Assembly (NCBI GenBank): GCA_965221695.1
Contig: OZ244905.1
Span: forward strand, 160,001 to 224,000
Length of the DNA: 64,000 nucleotides
Direction: 5' to 3'
Origin: Gammaproteobacteria bacterium
GTDB taxonomy: Bacteria > Pseudomonadota > Gammaproteobacteria > Eutrophobiales > Eutrophobiaceae
Shown here: positions 1-9,420 of the stretch, piece after piece
Layout of the letters: every line of letters starts with the position of its first letter
Numbering within the stretch: the stretch's first letter is position 1
Position numbers and translations under genes: made by a program
Notes under the pieces: model-generated
Databases searched by the model: none
Seen by the model: the letters and a program-made list of their open reading frames with translations, nothing else
What the model was told of the DNA's origin: nothing

Positions 1-1
1 T

Positions 2-979
2 CCCGCCGAGGTCGGCCTGACCTCGTTTAAGTTCAATATGGGTTATAAGGGGCCTCATGCTGATCTGATCGGCATCACTGCGACTGATGACGGCGCCGTG
101 TACAAAGGCTTTCGCATGATCAGCAGGTTAGGCGCGCCATGCATCGCGGCTTGTCATACCGAGAATATCGATATTCACCTGATGTTGCGCGATGAGTTGA
201 TCGCCCAGGGCCGCAATGATTTTTCGGTCTGGAATGAATCACGCCCGCCGTTCGTGGAGGCAGAATGTATGCGGCGCGCGATTTATCTGGCAAAGAGCGC
301 CGGCTGCCCCCTGTACATACCCCACATCACTATTGCCGAAGGGGTAGACATCATCGCCGAAGCGCGGGAACAAGGCATCGAAGTAACAGGCGAAACCTGT
401 CCGCAATATCTGACTCATAACGGCGAAGAGCCGGCGCAGGTGTTATTGGATCATCCCGCTTGCGCCTGTGTCAACCCGCCACTACGGGATCAGGCGTCCA
501 ATGACAGGCTATGGGAGGGCATTGCAGAGGGGGTTATTCAATGTGTGGGGTCTGACCTGGCGCCCACCACGCTGGCAATGAAAGGCGATGATATCTGGAA
601 TGCCCCGATGGGCCTGGGTAACACATCGGAGTTGTTACTGCCGGTCATGCTGAGTGAGGGAGTTAACAAGGGCCGTATCAGCCTGCAACAAGTGGCCGAA
701 GTTTGCGCGCTGAACCCGGCTAAGGTCTTCGGGGTGTACCCGCGCAAAGGCCAGTTGGCTATCGGTTCCGATGCGGATATCGTGATCGTTGACCCGGACA
801 AGGAAGTGACCGTAAAAACGGACAAGCTGCGCAGTATGTGTGATTGGAGCATCTATGACGGCTGGCCCCTAAAAGGTTGGCCGACCCATACCATATTGCG
901 CGGGCAGGTTATCGTTGATAACGGTGAACCGAACGGGAAGCGGCCGGGTCAAGGCAACTATATTCCTCGCAACGTCTAA
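2..979 (+). CDS. Cyclic amidohydrolase (dihydropyrimidinase/allantoinase/dihydroorotase-like), 5'-truncated by window edge
   Basis: Frame is open from position 2 (PAEVGLTSFKFNMGYK, candidate carbamylated Lys in SFK); motifs HTEN, LYIPHIT, ETCPQYL, NPPLR, GSDLAP, NPAKVFG, KGQLAIGSDADIVIVD. Confidence 0.85.
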   Translation, partial: PAEVGLTSFKFNMGYKGPHADLIGITATDDGAVYKGFRMISRLGAPCIAACHTENIDIHLMLRDELIAQGRNDFSVWNESRPPFVEAECMRRAIYLAKSAGCPLYIPHITIAEGVDIIAEAREQGIEVTGETCPQYLTHNGEEPAQVLLDHPACACVNPPLRDQASNDRLWEGIAEGVIQCVGSDLAPTTLAMKGDDIWNAPMGLGNTSELLLPVMLSEGVNKGRISLQQVAEVCALNPAKVFGVYPRKGQLAIGSDADIVIVDPDKEVTVKTDKLRSMCDWSIYDGWPLKGWPTHTILRGQVIVDNGEPNGKRPGQGNYIPRNV

Positions 980-1168
980 GCTGATATGACGGCAGGTATC
1001 CACCCAATCCTTGAATGTCGTGTTCCCGTATCTGTCTTGCAATATGACAGTACAGGCGCCGGTTCCTTGTCGTTACACCGGCAAGGATGCCGGCGCGCCG
1101 TTTTCAGTCGTTGTTGGAATGGCAGTCGACCGCTTTGAGCAGGTTGAAAATCAGTAGACGCTATCAAT

Positions 1169-2059
1169 ATGATTCCTGAGCGATATCAGCGCTATGAGGA
1201 GACAGTGACACTGGGATGCGTCAACTATCAAAGTATCTGGAACGATAAAGATGCGAGCGTTGCCAAGGTTAAAAAATTGATCGGAGAAGCGGCAGACCAG
1301 GGGATCAACATATTGGCATTTCCGGAATTGTCACTGAGTGGCTACGAGAGTAATGAAGACAATACCATGCACAAGGCGTTCGCGGAGACTATTCCTGGTC
1401 CAATCACCGAGGAGATTGCAGAACTGACCCGGAACCGGGATATCTACGTAGCTTTGGGTATGCCGGAGTATAGCGCTGAAGGCGATGGCGCCTGTTACAT
1501 TTCTTGCCCATTAATCGGTCCTGAAGGCTTGATCGGCGTTTATCGGAAGTTGCATTTAGGCGAACCGCCTTTGTTCAGAGAGAGCCTGTGTTTTAGCCGC
1601 GGCGACAGTGTGCCGGTTTTTGAAACCCGCTATGGTCCGATCGGACTGCAGATTTGCGCGGATTTTTGGGTCTTTCCCGAACTGTCTCGCATCCTGATGC
1701 TGAAAGGCGCGCGCGTTATTATCAACAGTACCGCAAGCATGACCCTGCCGGGCAGACCGTTTTATATCAACTCCATGACCACTGCCCGGGCGACTGAGAA
1801 CCTGGTTTATGCGGCCAGCGCCAACCTGGTAGGGCAGGAAAACACCTTGTCCTATTATGGTTGTAGCCTGATCTCAGGACCCGCATTTCCCCGCTTCTCT
1901 CATATTTATGCCCAAGCCGAAGACAAGGAAGAGATCATCAGCGCAACATTGAGTTTTGCCAAACTCCACCGCTTCCGCTCAGCGGTAGCGCTGGATAAGC
2001 TCAGACGCGCTGATCTCATCCGGGATGAGTTCAACCGACTGCAGAGCAGCGAGAATTAA
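1169..2059 (+). CDS. Carbon-nitrogen hydrolase (nitrilase superfamily)
   Basis: Glu-Lys-Cys triad motifs FPEL, YRKLHL, ICAD. Confidence 0.9.
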   Translation: MIPERYQRYEETVTLGCVNYQSIWNDKDASVAKVKKLIGEAADQGINILAFPELSLSGYESNEDNTMHKAFAETIPGPITEEIAELTRNRDIYVALGMPEYSAEGDGACYISCPLIGPEGLIGVYRKLHLGEPPLFRESLCFSRGDSVPVFETRYGPIGLQICADFWVFPELSRILMLKGARVIINSTASMTLPGRPFYINSMTTARATENLVYAASANLVGQENTLSYYGCSLISGPAFPRFSHIYAQAEDKEEIISATLSFAKLHRFRSAVALDKLRRADLIRDEFNRLQSSEN

Positions 2060-2074
2060 CAGGAGCGAAGCAGT

Positions 2075-2554
2075 ATGCCGGCAATCAGTAAGGAAATTAC
2101 CGTTAATGCGCCACTGGAGAGCGCCTGGGCTCTGGTCAGCGATATGCAACGTTTCAGCTTGTGTATACCGGGTTGTAAGGAGGTTAAGACGATTAGCGAA
2201 ACAGAATTTGACTGGAAACTGGAGACCAAAGTCCTACGCACAACCCGTAAGGCGACAGCCAGGACCAGGGCTGTTAAGATGACGCCGCCGAAGCACGCGG
2301 AGTTTGTTGGCGAGGGCAGATTATTTGAAAGATCAAACCATTATAAACTGACGATATCCGGCGCCACTGACCTGGAAGCGTTGGCAGACGGCAAAACCTT
2401 GTTACGTTTCGCCGGTGATGTGAAAGCCAGTGGTCTGGGTGGAGCCATAATCGAAAAGGTGGCAGCGGGGCAATTGGACAGCTTGTTTGATGAATTTGAA
2501 GATAATATAAAACACGCCCTGGGCGACGAAACAGAACCGGAACAACATACGTAA
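2075..2554 (+). CDS. CoxG/SRPBCC-family protein
   Basis: APLESAWALVSD..CIPGC N-terminal signature; sits directly before molybdenum hydroxylase genes. Confidence 0.8.
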   Translation: MPAISKEITVNAPLESAWALVSDMQRFSLCIPGCKEVKTISETEFDWKLETKVLRTTRKATARTRAVKMTPPKHAEFVGEGRLFERSNHYKLTISGATDLEALADGKTLLRFAGDVKASGLGGAIIEKVAAGQLDSLFDEFEDNIKHALGDETEPEQHT

Positions 2555-2567
2555 CGAGGAGATACGG

Positions 2568-3431
2568 ATGGAATATTACAGTCCGACTACGCTTGCTGAG
2601 GCTTATTCATTGCTGAATAAGTACGGCGAGGGGGCGATCCCGATTGCCGGCAGCACATTTTATATGGGACACCGGGAGGAATTGTTTGACGAAGTTGACG
2701 CGGTGATCAATATCAAACGACTTGGTCTCAGTTATATTAAGTTGGCGCACGACGGTTTACATATCGGCGCTACTACTACCCTGAACGAAATTTTCAACCA
2801 CGAGTTGACCCGCCAGGGCGTGTACGGGATTTTGGCCGATACGGTGAGCAGGCTTAACATTAATGAGGTCAGGAATATGGCCACTATCGGCGGCGAGGTA
2901 TGTATCGCCGGAGAAGTGGATATGCCGACGACCTTGCTTGCTTATGATGCCAACATCGTTATTGGCAGCAGTAAAGGGACGCGTTCCATGTCCATGGCGG
3001 ATTTCCATATCGGTTATCTGAACAATGCTCTGCAGGAAGGTGAGATCGTGCTGGAAGTGCATGTGCCGCCCCCGCCCGAGCAGACCGGCGCTGGTTTTGC
3101 CAAGTTTGAAAGGACCGCGGCGGACCTGCCCATCGTCAACGTGGCAACCCGCGTGTCGTTGGATGGCGGAGTTTGCAGTGAAGCGCGGATCGTTGCCGGC
3201 GCCGCAACCTTATCCGGTGTGCCGGAACGATCAGCGACTGCAGAAGCGGCGCTGCAAGGCAAGACAATTGACGAAGGCCTGATTGCAAGCGCGGCCGCGG
3301 CGGCGGACGATATCGAATGCATTAATGACTTCCGCGTCTCTGCGGAGGTGCGGCGTCTCTGGGTGCGCTGCGGTATAGAGGATGCATTGAAACAGGCGAC
3401 CGCCCAGGCGCGGCGAGGAGGTGAGGAATGA
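2568..3431 (+). CDS. Molybdenum hydroxylase FAD-binding (medium) subunit, CoxM/XdhB-like
   Basis: YYSPTTLAEA, IAGST, IGATTTL, VRNMATIGG, DFRVSAEVR; RBS GAGGAG. Confidence 0.88.
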   Translation: MEYYSPTTLAEAYSLLNKYGEGAIPIAGSTFYMGHREELFDEVDAVINIKRLGLSYIKLAHDGLHIGATTTLNEIFNHELTRQGVYGILADTVSRLNINEVRNMATIGGEVCIAGEVDMPTTLLAYDANIVIGSSKGTRSMSMADFHIGYLNNALQEGEIVLEVHVPPPPEQTGAGFAKFERTAADLPIVNVATRVSLDGGVCSEARIVAGAATLSGVPERSATAEAALQGKTIDEGLIASAAAAADDIECINDFRVSAEVRRLWVRCGIEDALKQATAQARRGGEE

Positions 3432-3922
3432 ATGCAATTCGCTTGAGGATAAACAATGAAGACCACGATGTGCTGGTCAAACCACATTGGTCGCTGGCGT
3501 ATGTCATCCGGGAAAAAATAGGTCTGACCGGAACCAAGGCAGGTTGCGAGATGGGCACCTGTGGTTCCTGTACTCTGCTGTTGAGCGGCGAACCGATTTT
3601 TTCCTGCCTGCGCATGGCTATTGACGCCCAGGATAGCGACATACGCACCATTGAAGGCCTGGAAGAGGAAAACGGCGGCAGGCTGCACCCGCTGCAAGAA
3701 GCGTTCATACAGGATCATGGCATGCAGTGCGGTTTCTGCACTCCTGGTATGATCCTTGCCGCTAAGGTCCTGTTGGAAAAGAACCCCGATCCGTCGGAGC
3801 AGGAAGTGCGGGAAGCAATAGGCGGGCATTTATGTCGCTGTGGCACTTACGTCAGGATCGTTCGTTCAATCCTGAACGCGGCCCAGGCAATGCGTAACGC
3901 ATCTGAAACTAAATCCTCATGA
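3428..3922 (+). CDS. Molybdenum hydroxylase 2x[2Fe-2S] small subunit, CoxS/XdhC-like
   Basis: GTKAGCEMGTCGSCT, QCGFCTPG, HLCRCGTY. Confidence 0.93.
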   Translation: MNAIRLRINNEDHDVLVKPHWSLAYVIREKIGLTGTKAGCEMGTCGSCTLLLSGEPIFSCLRMAIDAQDSDIRTIEGLEEENGGRLHPLQEAFIQDHGMQCGFCTPGMILAAKVLLEKNPDPSEQEVREAIGGHLCRCGTYVRIVRSILNAAQAMRNASETKSS

Positions 3923-3965
3923 TCAAGGTGTTGCGCAAATATTTAACATTTGGTGCCGGCCAGAG

Positions 3966-4051
3966 CATTCCCCCGTACCATCGTCGCAACAGCGGGAATC
4001 CGGTAGACACTAACATTACCCCTTATATTGGAGGGCTGCTCACTGGATTCC
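3966..4051. repeat. Degenerate REP/dRS3-like palindromic repeat, homologous to 36481-36650
   Basis: GCAACAGCGGGAATCC (3986-4001) and TGCTCACTGGATTCC (4037-4051) recur at 36481-36496 and 36523-36537. Confidence 0.6.
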
Positions 4052-4106
4052 TGGTCCTCGTGTCGAATTGAATCGTGAGCATATTATCAATCGGAGGTAG
4101 TAAATA

Positions 4107-6413
4107 ATGAAAGCCGAAACATCTGTAGTCGGCAAAAGTCTGCCCTTGCTGGATGCCTATGAAAAGGTGACCGGCAAACTGAAATACGCCGGCGACATGC
4201 CGTCGCTGCACCGCATGCACTATGCCAAGGTGTTGCGCAGTCCCTATGCGCATGCGCGGGTCACCCACATCGACACCAGCGCCGCCGAGGCATTGCCGGG
4301 GGTTAGCGCGGTGATCACCCACAAAGACGATATCACCGGCAAACAAAAGACCTGTGGCACGCCCTGGGTGGATCCCAGCTTCAATTTTCGCGGCCCGATG
4401 ATCTCCGATGAAGTCTGTTTTGTGGGCGATGAGGTAGCGGCTGTGTCCGCGATCGACGAGGACATTGCCAAACAAGCCCTTGCGCTGATCGAGGTGGAGT
4501 ACGAGGAATTGCCGGCAGTTTTCGACTTGGAAGAAGCTATGCGTGAGGATGCCCCGCAGGTGCGTCCCTGGGGCCCCAATACCCTACCGCCTTCTTTATT
4601 CGAATGGGGGGATATTGAGCAGGGTTTTGCGCAATCGGACATCATCATCGAGAATCGGGTGACCATGGGCAACCAGCAGCACGCGCCGCTGGACCGCAAT
4701 GCCTGTATTGCCAACTGGGAAGGCGACAGTCTCTCCATATGGACCTCAACCCAGGCGTTGTTCTGGATCAGGGACGCGCTGACAGACTTTTTTGACCTCT
4801 CACCCAGCAAGGTGCGCGTCTACAGCACGCCCACCGGCGGCTCCTTCGGGCTATGGTGGGGCAACAACTTCATGTTCCTGGCTGCGGCATTGGCGCGCAA
4901 ATCCAGGCGTCCGGTGCGACTGATCCTGACCCGGGATGAGGTACAGACCACCGTGAAGCGCCGCGAGCGCCCACTGATTGACGTAAAGATAGGCATGAAT
5001 AAAGAGGGCAAGATGCTTGCCCAGTCTTTTCGCCACATTCTGGATAATGGAGCATACGGCAACAAGTTCGATCCCTACCAATCCGTCGCCGATATTTACA
5101 CTACCGATCATGGCCGGGTGGAGTTTGTCGGCGTGGCCACTAATCTGGTTACCGCCGGCTGTATGCGCGGAGTGGGAGACCTCACCCTGGCCTATGCCAT
5201 TGAGCAGACGGTGGATATGGCCGCGGAAAAGATCAACATGGACCCGGTGGAATTCCACCTGAAGAACCATTGGAAGAGCGGCGACATCTGCCATACTTCC
5301 CAGGAGGTGGTGTTTGCCAAGCTGCTGTTCAACAAAAGCCCGCAAGTCGAACTGACCAGCTCCGGGTTGGCCGAGTGTATTACCCGCGGCGCCGAAGCCA
5401 TAGGTTGGCAGGACAAATGGAAAGGTTGGGGCAGACCTTCTTCGGTAGACGGGCATAAAGTGCTCGGTGTCGGCATGGGCATCTCCACCCACATCAGCGG
5501 TCTGGCTTTCTTCGGCTTTAATGGCATCACAGTTAAGGTGAACCCCGACGGCACCATGGCCTTGACCACGGGTATCGGCCGTATGGGGCAGGCCGGCGAC
5601 ACTACCCAGGCTATGGTGTGTGCCGAGACGCTTGGTGTGGAGTTGGAAGATATCAATGTGATCGATGGTGATTCTGAGGTATGCGGGCATACGATGGTTA
5701 CATTCGGGAGCAATGGTATGCACATGGTGGCCCGCGCCACCAAGGCCGCAGCCGAGCACGCCAAAGAGCAACTACTGGTTTACGCAGCCAAACACCTGGA
5801 AGCTAACCCGGCAGATCTAGATATCAAAAACCGTCGGGTATTTGTTAAGGGCAGCGAAGAGCGTGGCGTTACTTTGAAAGAGTTGATGAGCACACCCATT
5901 TATGAATACTTGTCGCCGCCGGAAGTGATAGGCAGCGCCTCAAAAGGCGTTGAATTTGAAAAAGCGGGCAAGATGATGATGGCGGACTTCGCCGAAGTGG
6001 AAATTGACACGCGCACTGCGCAGATGAAGCTGATTAGGTTTGTCGCCGTCCATGACAGCGGCACCATTGTCAATCCGGCGGTGTGCGAAAACCAGGTGGC
6101 CGGAGGCTATTACCAGTCCATGGGTTTTACCACTACCGAACACTTGGTGTTTGACGATGAAACCGGCGCTATTCTCAATCCCAATTTCATGGACTACAAG
6201 ATAGTCGGACCACTGGACATGCCTGATCCGGAGATCATGTTTGAAGAGGTGTACGATGAGCACGGCCCGTACGGGGCCAAAGGAATAGGCGAGGGCGTCA
6301 CTTGCGCGGTGCCGGTTGCCATATCCAACGCAGTCTACAACGCGATCGGGGCGCGACTTGACCCACCCATCACACCGGATAAAATACTACAGGCATTGAA
6401 ATCCAAGTCGTAA
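4107..6413 (+). CDS. Xanthine dehydrogenase-family molybdopterin-binding large subunit
   Basis: KVTGKLKY, LRSPYAHA, GGSFG, MRGVG, MGQ, NPAVCENQVAGG, catalytic KGIGE motif. Confidence 0.92.
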   Translation: MKAETSVVGKSLPLLDAYEKVTGKLKYAGDMPSLHRMHYAKVLRSPYAHARVTHIDTSAAEALPGVSAVITHKDDITGKQKTCGTPWVDPSFNFRGPMISDEVCFVGDEVAAVSAIDEDIAKQALALIEVEYEELPAVFDLEEAMREDAPQVRPWGPNTLPPSLFEWGDIEQGFAQSDIIIENRVTMGNQQHAPLDRNACIANWEGDSLSIWTSTQALFWIRDALTDFFDLSPSKVRVYSTPTGGSFGLWWGNNFMFLAAALARKSRRPVRLILTRDEVQTTVKRRERPLIDVKIGMNKEGKMLAQSFRHILDNGAYGNKFDPYQSVADIYTTDHGRVEFVGVATNLVTAGCMRGVGDLTLAYAIEQTVDMAAEKINMDPVEFHLKNHWKSGDICHTSQEVVFAKLLFNKSPQVELTSSGLAECITRGAEAIGWQDKWKGWGRPSSVDGHKVLGVGMGISTHISGLAFFGFNGITVKVNPDGTMALTTGIGRMGQAGDTTQAMVCAETLGVELEDINVIDGDSEVCGHTMVTFGSNGMHMVARATKAAAEHAKEQLLVYAAKHLEANPADLDIKNRRVFVKGSEERGVTLKELMSTPIYEYLSPPEVIGSASKGVEFEKAGKMMMADFAEVEIDTRTAQMKLIRFVAVHDSGTIVNPAVCENQVAGGYYQSMGFTTTEHLVFDDETGAILNPNFMDYKIVGPLDMPDPEIMFEEVYDEHGPYGAKGIGEGVTCAVPVAISNAVYNAIGARLDPPITPDKILQALKSKS

Positions 6414-6429
6414 CAACTGTAGTACAATA

Positions 6430-7089
6430 ATGAGTCGTGATGTGGACGGCGCAGTAGAGCGCCTGAGAAAAGATATTCTGCAAGGGCGGTTTGTACCCGG
6501 CCAGCGTCTGGTGGAAGTTGATATCATGGCGCACCTGGGGATAACCAGGGGAAAAGTGCGCGATGTGTTCAAGCGCTTGCATACTGAAAAGATTGTGCAA
6601 CTGGATAGAAACCGGGGCGCATCCGTCAGAAAGGCATCGCGGGACGAGGTTTACAATATCTTCGAGGTGTTGGAGGAAATCTCGATTCTGATTATCAGGA
6701 AGATCAATGAGCAGAGTGACAAGGCTCATCTTCAGAAACGTCTACTCGCCGCGCTGGCCAGCGCGCAAAAGTTTCACGGCCGTTCAGTCAATATCGTCAA
6801 CGTGACCGAGTACATGGATGAGAACGCTCGCTTCTGGGGCGACCTGGCAGAGATGGCAGGCAACCCGGTGCTCTCGGACATCCGTCTGCGCTTGCAGGCG
6901 CCACTATTCAGGTTGGCAATGGAAGGACTGACGGTAAAAGGCAGCCACGATCAGTGGATAGCTCGCCATGAAGAGATAATCAGCGCGTTGCTGGACAACA
7001 ACCTTCGGCAAGCCGTCCGCCATGCAAGAAAATCCATGCACGATGTCTGGAAAGCCATCCTAACTCTCCCCGACGCAGCATTTGCCTGA
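6430..7089 (+). CDS. GntR-family regulator (FCD domain)
   Basis: N-terminal wHTH (PGQRLVEVDIMAHLGITRGKVRD); C-terminal AGNPVL..HEEIISAL. Confidence 0.85.
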   Translation: MSRDVDGAVERLRKDILQGRFVPGQRLVEVDIMAHLGITRGKVRDVFKRLHTEKIVQLDRNRGASVRKASRDEVYNIFEVLEEISILIIRKINEQSDKAHLQKRLLAALASAQKFHGRSVNIVNVTEYMDENARFWGDLAEMAGNPVLSDIRLRLQAPLFRLAMEGLTVKGSHDQWIARHEEIISALLDNNLRQAVRHARKSMHDVWKAILTLPDAAFA

Positions 7090-7224
7090 AAATCGTCCTG
7101 GGGATAACGTTTTACCGGACCGCCTCCCTGAGACCTCAGTCCCATGGTAGGGCGGGGGCTGGCTACGGAATCCAGTGAAATACATCGTTGCCAACGGCAG
7201 CATATTATCTGCATCTGCAAGAAA

Positions 7225-8517
7225 TCAAACCAACCCCAACTCCCAATACACAAACAACGCCACCAGACAAACCCCCAACATCGCCACTGCATACCCCGCA
7301 TTCCAGCGCATCAATGTGAATGAAGAAGTTCCAAACCTTCCCTGCAAAGTCAGATTAATCCCGGAAAAAGGCGAAACCACAATGCTGCTGCCCCACATCA
7401 TCATCATCGCAATCCCCAACAAGTTGGCATTGTAAGGTGTATTGCTGAGCAATCCACCCAGGATGGAAATCGTAATAATCGGATGAATGCCCAGCAATGA
7501 AAGCAACATCGCCGCGAAGATAAATCCCCCGGCCGTCGCCGGCGACACTGCGCTAATTCCCAGGGACACGTCGCTGCCCATCAGCGCCGCAGAAATCCCG
7601 GTAGACATTACCCCGGCTGCCAGAAACAGCGTGAGTTCCCTGTGCATCCCCGGCAGACCGGTATTGATATGAGAGATTAGCAGGCCGCCCGCCGCGCGCA
7701 GGTTGCGAACCAGCAACATCACCACCGTAATCAGCAACGCCAGGATGGTAATCAGGGTCAATACCGGGAAATCCGGGAACAACTCGTGCAACCCGATTAC
7801 CGCCAACGACAGCGCCAGCGGAACAAACAAGGTCTCAAAGCGCAATGGGTACCCACTGGTGTCCTCACTTTCCTTATCCCGCAACAATTGCCAACTGGTG
7901 ATAAGCAATCCGCATAGGGCAATCGGTATACCTGCCAGTATCAGCGTCAGCAAACCGGAGCCGGGCGCATAGACCAGTGCGGTGGCGATAGACACATAAA
8001 ACGGCGACCAGTAACAGCCGCTACAGAACGCCCGGGAAAACAGGATTAGCTGTAACCGATTGATCTTGCCGGCCTGCTCCATCCTGTTGCCGAAGATCAT
8101 CACCGCTGACAGGTTGATCACCGAAGCAAACAGGTGCAAGCCCCAGATGGTCTTGGCAAGCGCCATCCTGCCCTTAGGCGCCTCCGCCGTTTGTGCGTCC
8201 TGCCCGGTAATCAGCCGCAGAAATGTCACCGACGCAATCAGCGCCAATACGTGAATATTCGCCGCTGCCACCCGTGACCAATCCACCGGTAAACGGTTCA
8301 GCACAGACCAGGCCAGGCAACCTGCTCCCACCAGTAACATCCCGGAAATCTGCACAACCATCGCCCGCGGCAAATCCCGACACAGCAGCAGCGCCGCCAA
8401 CCAACCGCAAAGCCCGGCCCACACCGGCGACACTGACGATGACACAGCCGCGCCCACCGCTAACAGCATCATCAACAATAACAACCCGCCAGGTAGCTCA
8501 ATGCGCACTTTGAACAA
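7225..8517 (-). CDS. Polytopic membrane protein, putative transporter
   Basis: 430-aa hydrophobic ORF with roughly 10-12 transmembrane-like stretches; start codon uncertain. Confidence 0.7.
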   Translation of the reverse strand: MFKVRIELPGGLLLLMMLLAVGAAVSSSVSPVWAGLCGWLAALLLCRDLPRAMVVQISGMLLVGAGCLAWSVLNRLPVDWSRVAAANIHVLALIASVTFLRLITGQDAQTAEAPKGRMALAKTIWGLHLFASVINLSAVMIFGNRMEQAGKINRLQLILFSRAFCSGCYWSPFYVSIATALVYAPGSGLLTLILAGIPIALCGLLITSWQLLRDKESEDTSGYPLRFETLFVPLALSLAVIGLHELFPDFPVLTLITILALLITVVMLLVRNLRAAGGLLISHINTGLPGMHRELTLFLAAGVMSTGISAALMGSDVSLGISAVSPATAGGFIFAAMLLSLLGIHPIITISILGGLLSNTPYNANLLGIAMMMMWGSSIVVSPFSGINLTLQGRFGTSSFTLMRWNAGYAVAMLGVCLVALFVYWELGLV

Positions 8518-8547
8518 GAACTCCGATTAACTTTAATACTCTTTTAA

Positions 8548-8698
8548 GGAACCTCTGATTAAGTCAGAGGTTCCTACGATACAAGGATGTATCGTCAATA
8601 TCGATGACTGTAAGGCATTGATATTGAGAGGAAAACAAAAATCGCATTTTTGTTTTCCGTACTCTGACAAGTCCAGGATGGACTTGTTCAGAGTTTCC
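8548..8698. mobile_element. 151-bp MITE-like element, apparently full length
   Basis: Imperfect TIRs GGAACCTCTGATTAAGTC / GACTTGTTCAGAGTTTCC; TTAA on both sides (8544-8547, 8699-8702); internal hairpins; partial copies elsewhere in window. Confidence 0.8.
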
Positions 8699-8778
8699 TT
8701 AACTTAACTTTGACATTTTACCGGTTACGCTGGTTTCTTATATTGTTGTTCTTCAATACATATGCAATTTACAAGATG

Positions 8779-8795
8779 ATGTGTATAATACACAT
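8779..8795. promoter_or_regulatory. Candidate VapBC autoregulatory operator overlapping a TATAAT box
   Basis: ATGTGTA-TAA-TACACAT inverted repeat about 30 bp upstream of vapB. Confidence 0.5.
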
Positions 8796-8825
8796 ACATC
8801 TACACATTAATCATGGTATTCTCGG

Positions 8826-9038
8826 ATGCGTACTAATGTCGTTTTGGATGATGACCTGATGCGTGAAGCATTTGCTCTTACCGGTATTCGTACCAAGCGC
8901 GAACTAATTCACACCGCGCTACAGGAATTAATTAGTAAACACACAAAAAAGGATCTCACTGATTTAGCAGGTAAAATTCAATTGCAGGATGATTTTGACC
9001 ATAAAATACTCAGGGAATTGAGGCGTGATTCTGGTTGA
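8826..9038 (+). CDS. vapB: VapB-family antitoxin
   Basis: MRTNVVLDDDLMREA..TKRELIHTAL ribbon-helix-helix pattern; overlaps the PIN-domain gene. Confidence 0.85.
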   Translation: MRTNVVLDDDLMREAFALTGIRTKRELIHTALQELISKHTKKDLTDLAGKIQLQDDFDHKILRELRRDSG

Positions 9039-9417
9039 TACATCAATCTGGATTGCTCTGTTTCGAGATAGGACGGGCAAGGAAAAATCTAATCTTGAAA
9101 GATGGACTGCCGATGATTATGTCGTATTGACCCGGTTTAATCAGTTGGAATTACTCCAAGGGTGTAAAGATGAGAAAGAATGGAATACACTCGCTAAGTA
9201 TCTAGATACTCAGGATTATATTGAGACGACCAATACAACCTGGACTGACGCAGCCAGGATATATTTTGACTTGCGCCGTCAGGGCAAAACAGTGCACAGT
9301 CCGGTCGATTGTTGTATCGCCCAGCTTGCAATCGAAAGCGGCGCCTTGCTCATCCATAGAGATTTCGATTTCGTAACAATCGCTACCATAAGACCGTTGA
9401 ACCAACAGAAACTCTAG
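9025..9417 (+). CDS. vapC: VapC PIN-domain toxin
   Basis: ILVDTSIWI, ELLQG, VDCCIAQLA, HRDFDF acidic PIN motifs. Confidence 0.88.
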   Translation: MILVDTSIWIALFRDRTGKEKSNLERWTADDYVVLTRFNQLELLQGCKDEKEWNTLAKYLDTQDYIETTNTTWTDAARIYFDLRRQGKTVHSPVDCCIAQLAIESGALLIHRDFDFVTIATIRPLNQQKL

Positions 9418-9420
9418 GCA

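Noticed and set aside
2075-6413. Aerobic CO dehydrogenase (coxGMSL)
   Set aside because: The large subunit lacks the AYxCSFR (form I) and AYxGAGR (form II) loops and has AGCMRGVG instead
8596-8605. CAATATCGAT in the MITE as the source of the dmpK operator
   Set aside because: Match is only about 10 bp with no flanking MITE similarity at 31761-31796; likely coincidence
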